The position numbers and the translations under genes are program-made. A stretch of 14,650 bases of DNA from Promethearchaeota archaeon (GTDB lineage: Archaea > Asgardarchaeota > Lokiarchaeia > Sigyniarchaeales > SOKP01), in NCBI GenBank assembly GCA_048938855.1, contig JBHLLT010000048.1, positions 1-14,650 of the forward strand. The letters run 5' to 3'. Positions within the stretch are counted from its first letter, which is position 1. Every line of letters begins with the position of its first letter. The notes beneath the pieces are model-generated. The model was not told where the DNA came from, searched no databases, and saw only the letters and a list, made by a program, of their open reading frames with translations. Positions 8,488 to 14,650 of this stretch are shown here, in pieces.

Positions 8488-9501
8488 ATGCCTAAAGATT
8501 TAAGAAAAACATTGGACAGTATTGAATCCAGTGAAAAAGAAATGGCTAATTTACAAGCAAAAACTGATAAATTAACTGCTTTGGTACAACGCCAAAAACG
8601 CATAATTAGCGAACAAGAAGGAATTATAGAAGAACAGAAAAAGAAACTTTCAAAAATGTCCGATGTCCCCGAAGATATACTTGAATTGAAAGAACTAATT
8701 GGAGAACAACGCATAATGATCAATGAAAAAGAACTTGAATTGGAATATGCAAAAGGCGAGGTTGCTCAATCTCAAAAAGAATTAGAGTTAATAAAAAAAC
8801 AAATAGGTCCTAGTCAAGCTAAATTAGAAGAAGCTTATGAAACAATGGGTAATTTAAGAGCTGAATTAGCCGAGAAAAATTCTGAATTAATTCTAAGAAA
8901 TGAGTCAATTAAAAGCCTAGAAAATAAAGTACATGAATTAGAAGCATTTACTGATAAATTTAAGGAAGAACAAGTGAAAATGATCCAAGAACTGGAGGAA
9001 AAACATAGAAAAGAAGCAATGGAATTAAAAGAAGAAATCAATAAACTGGATTCATTCTTAATGGATAGTAAGTTGACGTCTACTGAAAAAACATCTGAAG
9101 CTAAAGATTTCGCATCTCGATTTGAAAGCATGCGATCAAAATATGATGAATTAATTGCTAAAGTAGGGGATTTGAGTGATAAAAATCGAGATGCAAATGA
9201 AGAAATAGAAAAACTAAACAGAGATCTTAATGAAATAAAGACTCTCCAAAAAGATAATATAGATAAAATCAATTATTATGATAAATTAAGGCCAATCATG
9301 GAAAAAGAACCCCTCTTCAAGACCTTTTTAATCATAGAAGAAGTAGGAGGAATTACTTTAGATGATCTAAAAAATGCACTTGGCATCCCTATAGTTACTG
9401 TTAAAAGGAATGTTCAGACTCTTGAAGGAATAGGCCTTGTTGAAATAGATGATAGGGATAAAATTGTTGTAAAAAATTTGATGGAATCTAAATCCCTCTA
9501 A
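8488..9501 (+). CDS. Long coiled-coil protein with C-terminal winged helix-turn-helix domain
   Basis: About 260 aa of E/K/L-rich heptads, followed by ITLDDLKNALGIPIVTVKRNVQTLEGIGLVEID (wHTH pattern). Confidence 0.8.
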   Translation: MPKDLRKTLDSIESSEKEMANLQAKTDKLTALVQRQKRIISEQEGIIEEQKKKLSKMSDVPEDILELKELIGEQRIMINEKELELEYAKGEVAQSQKELELIKKQIGPSQAKLEEAYETMGNLRAELAEKNSELILRNESIKSLENKVHELEAFTDKFKEEQVKMIQELEEKHRKEAMELKEEINKLDSFLMDSKLTSTEKTSEAKDFASRFESMRSKYDELIAKVGDLSDKNRDANEEIEKLNRDLNEIKTLQKDNIDKINYYDKLRPIMEKEPLFKTFLIIEEVGGITLDDLKNALGIPIVTVKRNVQTLEGIGLVEIDDRDKIVVKNLMESKSL

Positions 9502-9563
9502 ATCTATTATAAATTTTAATGAAGAAGTTAGATAAAATTTAATTATAAAGCAATAAAGTCGCT

Positions 9564-9941
9564 TTAAACCTTGGCTAACTGATCATACAATCCTGGTAAC
9601 ACATCTCTAAATGAGTCATCTGGTATCTTTTCAAGGATTTCAGCAGCAATAGTTTTTAAAATTTCTCGATACTTCCCTGGTTTCTCATCACGTCGAAGTA
9701 AAAGAGCAACAACATAGTTTTCAACTGAAATAAAATCTTGTCCAACTCCAGAGAAAAAGGAAACAACTTTATTATTCTTTAATGCAATGCTTGCAAAGCC
9801 AGGTTTAAGAGATTGATAACGATGGCTAGAATAAACTTGTGTAAGTAGATTATTAGTTATTTTTAACGTTTCTGGATAAAAACCTTCGTTGATTGGACCT
9901 ATCTCATTATCCCACCGAATTACAAGAATACCTACAGGCAT
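9564..9941 (-). CDS. Stand-alone longin/uDENN-like domain protein
   Basis: N-terminal ILVIRWDNEIGP-x5-YP resembles the (F/W)D-x-x-x-GP...YP hairpin of uDENN/longin domains (Afi1/NPR2/Avl9-like). Apparent beta-beta-alpha-beta-beta-beta-alpha-alpha pattern in 125 aa. Confidence 0.7.
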   Translation of the reverse strand: MPVGILVIRWDNEIGPINEGFYPETLKITNNLLTQVYSSHRYQSLKPGFASIALKNNKVVSFFSGVGQDFISVENYVVALLLRRDEKPGKYREILKTIAAEILEKIPDDSFRDVLPGLYDQLAKV

Positions 9942-10185
9942 GATATAATACCTTTAGATTAACCTATTATAAGATAATTATGAAATTGTATTTGTAGACT
10001 TTATAGAATACTACTTATGATATTAATTTAATATCTTACTTTTATTTATTTCTTATTGTTTTTATGTATATTCTATCCGACCATTAATACATATTCTATC
10101 CTAAACTCTCTTTTCCCTAAGAAAAAATTTAAATTAAAATTATAACTTTGATTTATTGTCACCCTTAAAAGCTTAGAATTACTGC

Positions 10186-10193
10186 TTTTAAAA
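10186..10193 (+). promoter_or_regulatory. Putative TATA box of the tRNA-Leu gene
   Basis: TTTTAAAA lies about 23-30 nt upstream of tRNA position 1 (10216). The AT-rich background limits specificity. Confidence 0.4.
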
Positions 10194-10239
10194 TGAAATG
10201 TCTTATTTTTTCAATGGAGGGGTTACCGAGCATGGTCAA

Positions 10240-10271
10240 AGCCATTTTACACCAAAATGGGTCAAGACTAT
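10240..10271 (+). other. tRNA intron 1 (32 nt, D-loop, position 21/22)
   Basis: BHB-like motif: central helix GGTC(10234-37)/GACT(10266-69), bulges AA|A and AT|A, internal hairpin CCATTTT/AAAATGG. Confidence 0.85.
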
Positions 10272-10299
10272 AGGTGCTGGACTTAAGATCCAGTGGCAA

Positions 10300-10327
10300 T
10301 TCATCTGCATTTAGCGGTAGAGCCAAT
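10300..10327 (+). other. tRNA intron 2 (28 nt, loop of the variable arm)
   Basis: BHB-like motif: central helix TGGC(10294-97)/GCCA(10322-25), bulges AA|T and AT|A, inner helix TC/GA. Confidence 0.82.
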
Positions 10328-10346
10328 AGGCCTTCGTGGGTTCGAA

Positions 10347-10378
10347 TCCTGCTCAATCATTTCGGTAGTAGTAGGAAG
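10347..10378 (+). other. tRNA intron 3 (32 nt, T-loop, best fit 59/60)
   Basis: Outer helix GGG/CCC, imperfect central helix TTCG/AGGA, bulges AA|T and AG|T. The exact boundary is ambiguous by a few nt because TCC is repeated at both junctions. Confidence 0.75.
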
Positions 10379-10471
10379 TCCCACCTCCTCCACATTTCAA
10401 ATAATATAATTAGAACTTTTTTAAAAAAAAATAATAATTGATTTTAGAATTACAGAAATAATTAAGATTAA

Positions 10472-10783
10472 TTATTCCATTTGTTTTTTCATTTTCATAA
10501 CTAAGGGAATCATTTTTGTTGCATCCATCGCAGGGGTGGTTCTCATAACTCTAATATATCCAGGTTTTGCTAGTCTCCAGATCATTGAACCTTTTGCCAA
10601 CTGTTCTTCATTATCAGCTTCTTCTATAGTAATTCCCCAATAATCTGAAGTGCTTATATAAAAGCCTATTTGATTTACTCCTTCAACAGGGTAAAGTTTT
10701 TTACTCATAAGCCTTTGAGCGATGTCAGCTAATTCTGAGGGATCAAAATCTGGATTTAATTCCCAATATGTAATAAATAGCAT
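10472..10783 (-). CDS. DUF3303-like small protein
   Basis: MLFITYWELN...YPVEGV...WGITIEEA...TTPAM pattern. Strong AAGGAGG Shine-Dalgarno upstream of the ATG (about 10792-10798, minus strand). Confidence 0.75.
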   Translation of the reverse strand: MLFITYWELNPDFDPSELADIAQRLMSKKLYPVEGVNQIGFYISTSDYWGITIEEADNEEQLAKGSMIWRLAKPGYIRVMRTTPAMDATKMIPLVMKMKKQME

Positions 10784-11036
10784 TTCTTTTTCCTCCTTAA
10801 TAATATTAATTTTGGATTTACATGTGTATAGAATTCTATCTATACATCAATGTTCATTAAATCTTCATTCATATTTAATGGTTTCTTACATTAAGAGCTT
10901 TATTTATGAGATAAAGTTAAGCAATTAAAAAAAGATAAACATAAAGTTATATCAAAAATGTAAGTGAAAGAAAAAATTTAAAAATAAAATTATGCATAAG
11001 AATCTAGATCTTCAATTGTATTAGAATTATTACTTT

Positions 11037-12278
11037 ATGTGGTGTATATTTATAGCGCTTTCTTATTATGTGCTACTTAATGGTCTTGTAGTTTTGGGTG
11101 TATTAATTTTAAGTATCACAAGTGGGGCATACTTCTATTATAAATCAAGACAATATAACATCAAACTATTATCTTATTTAGCTATAATGATTTTTTTTAT
11201 GGGCTTTATGTGGTTAGGACCTATTGTGGATTTCGCAACGATTGTCTTTACAACCGTGAATATGGATAACTCATATGGTTTATATAGTATTTTGAGTTAT
11301 GTGTGGGTACCTATACCATTAATATTCGCAATGCTGATAAGTGCTCAAATTTTAGTTCCAAGTAAGAAATGGTATATTGTTTCCATTTATTTGATATTAG
11401 GAATTATTTTTGAACTGTTTTTATTTTTTGATACAAAGAATTCCTTTTTATATGACAATCCAGAATATCCTGGTTGGAGTTTAATTGATGCCAGATTTAA
11501 TATAACTTCTCCCGCGTTTGTTCTGATATCGATTTTTGATTTTTCTGTTCTTTTAAATGGAATTGGATTTCTTCGTAAGGGGGTTCAAACCAAAGCTATA
11601 ATTCGGAGAAAAAACTGGTACTTATCAATTGGCTTTTTTATTTTTGTTTTCTTCACAATGTTTGATATATTTGCTGCTCCAGGCTTTTCATTATATCTTT
11701 TGAGAATAGGAGTTAATTTTTGTTTTTTGTTTTTTTATTTAGGATTAAAGGAAGAATCTGTTAAACCAAAAAAATCATTACCAAAAAAACAAGCTAAAAT
11801 TGAGGATTCATTATTTTTCTTTACTGAAAAACCAAAACTAGATACTAAAGAGATAATTGATGAAGAACCCGTGGTACTTCTTATTATAAGAGTCGGTGGT
11901 GTTCTCACTTTTTCTTACTCTTTTGTTGATGAGTGGGAACGGAACAATGATATGTTAGGAAGTTTTATGTCGGCCTTTAGATCCTTTAGTGATGCGTTTT
12001 TTTCTGAAGAGTTTGATCGCGCGAAATTTGGTAAATATACTGTGCTAATGGAAGCCATCCCAAACTTCTTAGTATGCTATTTATTCAAAGGTCAAACCTA
12101 CCTCGCCTCGCAAAAATTATCGAAATTTACAGAGCAGATTCAAAAAAGTTCACTTATATGGCAATCTTTAGAAAAATATTATAAGACAAATCAAGTTTTG
12201 GAATTAAAAGATTGTCCCTCCCTAAAACCCCTTATAATTGAAATTTTTAAAGAAAAGGGTATTGAATTGAATGTTTAA
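11037..12278 (+). CDS. 7-TM membrane protein fused to a C-terminal longin-like domain
   Basis: Seven hydrophobic helices (to about nt 11748), a K/P-rich linker, then PVVLLIIRVGGVLTFSYSF...LGSFMSAFRSFSDAFF...DRAKFGKYTVLM...FLVCYLFKG...LSKF (longin topology). The start may instead be ATA 11052. Confidence 0.75.
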   Translation: MWCIFIALSYYVLLNGLVVLGVLILSITSGAYFYYKSRQYNIKLLSYLAIMIFFMGFMWLGPIVDFATIVFTTVNMDNSYGLYSILSYVWVPIPLIFAMLISAQILVPSKKWYIVSIYLILGIIFELFLFFDTKNSFLYDNPEYPGWSLIDARFNITSPAFVLISIFDFSVLLNGIGFLRKGVQTKAIIRRKNWYLSIGFFIFVFFTMFDIFAAPGFSLYLLRIGVNFCFLFFYLGLKEESVKPKKSLPKKQAKIEDSLFFFTEKPKLDTKEIIDEEPVVLLIIRVGGVLTFSYSFVDEWERNNDMLGSFMSAFRSFSDAFFSEEFDRAKFGKYTVLMEAIPNFLVCYLFKGQTYLASQKLSKFTEQIQKSSLIWQSLEKYYKTNQVLELKDCPSLKPLIIEIFKEKGIELNV

Positions 12279-12581
12279 CTTTTGGGGGAAAACTTTTTAT
12301 GATTTTCTTATCGAGATTTTTTAAAACCAAATCTTTTTCTTCTTTTTAACCTGATAAAAGGCTTTTAAGGAAAAGCTACTTCATTTTTTTTAATTTGAGG
12401 TTAATTTTATGAAAAAAGATATCTAATACAGTACTAGAAGTAATTATTTCATATTATATATATAATAATTTCTAAAACATTGATTTTTAATACATTAAAT
12501 CTTAGACAAAGATTTTAAATATAGGATGCAATATCTTTACTAATCAAGTTCAATTAAACATAAAAATAAGGAGTTAATGAA

Positions 12582-13874
12582 TTGAAATTAACAGATATTA
12601 TTGGTCTTGATGCGAAGCATGCCAAACTTTTAGAAGGTGAAGGAGTATCGAGTACTGAAGACTTAATTCCACTTACATATAACCAAGTTAGTAAATTAGC
12701 GAGAAAAATTGGGGTTAGTGTAAAAACCTTAGATACTTGGCAAGAACATGCTGAGTTAATGCAAATCACTGGTGTAGGTCCTGAAATGGCAAATGCACTA
12801 AACCTTATCGGCATCGATTCTGTGAAGGAATTTGCCTATAGAAATCCAAAAAATACTTTAGATAAACTTAAGCAATTAAAAAAAGATAATCCAAAAGTTA
12901 TAACAAAAATTCCTGCTCAAAAGGATATTGAAACTTGGATAAAGGATGCAAAAGATCTTTCAGGAGCTCTTGAGAAGAAACCTGCTAAAAAACCAGCTAA
13001 AAAACCAGTAAAAGAAGAAGAACCAACACCATCCGTTATACCAAAAATTGATTATGTACCTATCGAAAAATTTGAAAGAGATTATGGAGAATATGGCCCC
13101 GATTATTGGAATAATAAATGGGAGAAGGCACCTATTATATACACCGGTCGAGCCCTAAGAGCTGAAGCTTATAAAAAACAAATTGATGCAGATGTAAAGA
13201 TTTTTATTAAAAAAGATGATGCAATACTATGGCACGTTATAACACAGTTGGGATTACGGAAAGAAACACCTAATGAGACCGCATTAGCAATCCAAAATTT
13301 CGTTTGTAAATTTCTAAAATATAAATATGATGATTTAACAGCAGAAGTCGAAGAATTCTGGTTATTTCCTTTCGAAAGTATTCAATCAGAGGTAGGAGAT
13401 TGTGAGGATGGAGCAATCTTAATAGCTGCACTGTTAATCAATGCAGGTATCCCTAGTTGGCGTGTAAAAGTAACAGCCGCAGAAGTTATTGCTGATCCAA
13501 TATTTTCGCCCTCAGATACTGAAGTTGGGGGGCATTCTTATTGTCTCTATCTAGCAGATCGCCCCGATTCGGATCGCAAGCTTGAATGGGTTATTTTAGA
13601 TTGGTGTTATCTTCAAGACCCAGAAGTTCCAATTGAAAAAAAACCTCTTGCTCGGGATGGGGGCACTGAGGGAGCTTATAAAGATGTTCTTTTTACGTTC
13701 AATGACGAGTACAGTTGGGCTCAAACAGCTCTAGAAATAAAAGAGAGTCGAATAAGTAAGAACAGAACTACTTCTAAAAGTGAGATAATTGCACCATTAG
13801 AAGATATCTTAAAACATTTAGCTAGCGATGAGTTGATTAAAGTATTTAGAAAATTAGGTATTGATATTGAATAG
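12582..13874 (+). CDS. DUF4332 (helix-hairpin-helix) domain fused to a transglutaminase-like cysteine protease domain
   Basis: N-terminal LTDIIGL...LMQITGVGPEMANALNLIGIDSVKEFA-RNP (DUF4332/HhH). C-terminal GDCEDGAIL, GGHSYC, ILDW give a Cys-His-Asp triad. TTG start with AAGGAG at 12568-12573. Confidence 0.82.
   Translation: MKLTDIIGLDAKHAKLLEGEGVSSTEDLIPLTYNQVSKLARKIGVSVKTLDTWQEHAELMQITGVGPEMANALNLIGIDSVKEFAYRNPKNTLDKLKQLKKDNPKVITKIPAQKDIETWIKDAKDLSGALEKKPAKKPAKKPVKEEEPTPSVIPKIDYVPIEKFERDYGEYGPDYWNNKWEKAPIIYTGRALRAEAYKKQIDADVKIFIKKDDAILWHVITQLGLRKETPNETALAIQNFVCKFLKYKYDDLTAEVEEFWLFPFESIQSEVGDCEDGAILIAALLINAGIPSWRVKVTAAEVIADPIFSPSDTEVGGHSYCLYLADRPDSDRKLEWVILDWCYLQDPEVPIEKKPLARDGGTEGAYKDVLFTFNDEYSWAQTALEIKESRISKNRTTSKSEIIAPLEDILKHLASDELIKVFRKLGIDIE
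12975..13013 (+). repeat. Coding tandem repeat KKPA-KKPA-KKPV in the interdomain linker
   Basis: aagaaacctgct aaaaaaccagct aaaaaaccagta: three 12-nt units. Confidence 0.7.
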
Positions 13875-13905
13875 ATTTACTTAAAAACATTTTTTTTATT
13901 TTTTA

Positions 13906-14529
13906 TTAACTTTCTTTTTCAATAAATAACGATTCTCCACACTGAGGGCAATAAGCTACTTCTCGACCGATTTCTGCCCCACATTTAGTACACATGGTTT
14001 TAAACTCAAGAGTTGGGGGAATATTATTCATAATATTTTTAAATGTTTCATTAAGAGCACTTTGAATTTCCGAAATCTTTTGGCTCTGGTCTTGTTTGGG
14101 AAATGAGCGTATAAAAATTGAGGAGAGTTCCACTAAAAAGTTTTCGACGAATTTAAGTTGATCATAATAATTTTTATTTACTTTAAATTTTAAGAGCTCT
14201 TCACCAGCTTTTGTTAAAGAATACACCTTCTTTATAGGGCCTATGGGACTCTTTACTTGCTGTGCTTCTAAAAATCCATCGTTTTCTAATTTTCTCAATA
14301 TTGGATAAATGGTACCAGATTGAGCTTCCCAAGTGCCTGCAAAACTTCTGTTCAAGTTTTTTATTAAATCATAACCAGAGAGTTGTTTACTATTAAAAAT
14401 AGTTTCAATAATAGTGAATTCAAGAGGTGTAAGTTTACTTTTTTGAAGGCTATTAAGAATTTCTTTTTTAATTATAGTACCTAATTCTTCAATATCATCC
14501 TCAAGATCCAAAAATTTACCTAACCACAT
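13906..14529 (-). CDS. PadR-family transcriptional regulator with C-terminal zinc ribbon
   Basis: SGYDLIK...GTIYPILRKLENDGFL...KKVYSLTKAG (PadR wHTH) and CTKC-x10-CPQCG. Confidence 0.9.
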   Translation of the reverse strand: MWLGKFLDLEDDIEELGTIIKKEILNSLQKSKLTPLEFTIIETIFNSKQLSGYDLIKNLNRSFAGTWEAQSGTIYPILRKLENDGFLEAQQVKSPIGPIKKVYSLTKAGEELLKFKVNKNYYDQLKFVENFLVELSSIFIRSFPKQDQSQKISEIQSALNETFKNIMNNIPPTLEFKTMCTKCGAEIGREVAYCPQCGESLFIEKES

Positions 14530-14541
14530 TATAAGATTATC

Positions 14542-14649
14542 CTAACTAGTTTTTTCTGCTTTTTTTCTCATTTTTTCCAATTCTTTTTCGATTGCACGTT
14601 CTTTTCTTGATTTAAACTTACCGCCTTCTTCTGCTTTTCCACTCAGATA
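14542..14649 (-). CDS. 3' end of a CDS entering from the right edge (C-terminus loosely resembles 2TM-domain proteins)
   Basis: Open frame YLSGKAEEGGKFKSRKERAIEKELEKMRKKAEKTS* ends with TAG 12 nt before the PadR start, so probably co-transcribed. Confidence 0.6.
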   Translation of the reverse strand, partial: YLSGKAEEGGKFKSRKERAIEKELEKMRKKAEKTS

Positions 14650-14650
14650 T

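Larger units (their letters stand above)
10216..10392 (+). tRNA. tRNA-Leu(UAA) with three non-canonical introns; exons 10216-10239, 10272-10299, 10328-10346, 10379-10392; CCA not encoded
   Basis: The joined exons give an 85-nt class II cloverleaf: acceptor GGAGGGG/CTCCTCC plus discriminator A, D-stem ACC/GGT, anticodon arm CTGGA-CTTAAGA-TCCAG (TAA at 10284-10286), variable arm GGC-AAAG-GCC, T arm GTGGG-TTCGAAT-CCCAC. Confidence 0.93.

Noticed and set aside
8478-9272. Minus-strand ORFs 8478-8723 and 8835-9272
   Set aside because: Ser/Phe/Leu-rich antisense reading of GAA/AAA-rich coiled-coil codons.
10068-10101. CRISPR-like repeat
   Set aside because: Only two 11-nt copies with a 12-nt gap, which is too short, and no cas genes are present.
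10165-10356. 63-aa minus-strand ORF
   Set aside because: Lies antisense to the tRNA-Leu gene, whose structure explains the sequence.
10216-10392. Two separate, trans-split or permuted tRNA genes
   Set aside because: All four exons are colinear and in normal order, and they give a single cloverleaf by cis-splicing.
12279-12567. Long intergenic region as a possible ncRNA
   Set aside because: Very AT-rich with T-tracts and no convincing GC-rich stem. Consistent with terminator plus promoter DNA.
10722-12814. ORFs 10722-10928 (+) and 12554-12814 (-)
   Set aside because: They overlap real genes on the opposite strand and run into AT-rich intergenic DNA, with no motifs.
10379-14650. Integrated element at the tRNA 3' end
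   Set aside because: No integrase, transposase or duplicated tRNA 3' end (att site) is visible in the window.

Overview
AT-rich archaeal chromosomal window, most consistent with Asgard archaea (Lokiarchaeia-like). This is inferred from the proteasome beta subunit, geranylgeranyl reductase, two longin/uDENN-like domains and a Loki-style 7TM protein. Gene order: partial GIFT/IFT52-like protein (-), psmB (-), geranylgeranyl reductase, EamA transporter, membrane protein, class V aminotransferase, short SerA-like dehydrogenase, DUF1015 (-), coiled-coil/wHTH protein, stand-alone longin/uDENN-like protein (-), tRNA-Leu(UAA), DUF3303-like protein (-), 7TM-longin fusion, DUF4332-transglutaminase-like fusion, PadR-zinc ribbon regulator (-) and a partial CDS (-). 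The most striking element is absent from the ORF track: a tRNA-Leu(UAA) gene at 10216-10392 split by three introns, all at non-canonical sites (D-loop, variable arm, T-loop), with a possible fourth intron nested in the third. No mobile element or CRISPR array was seen. All family assignments come from motif recognition by eye, not from database searches.
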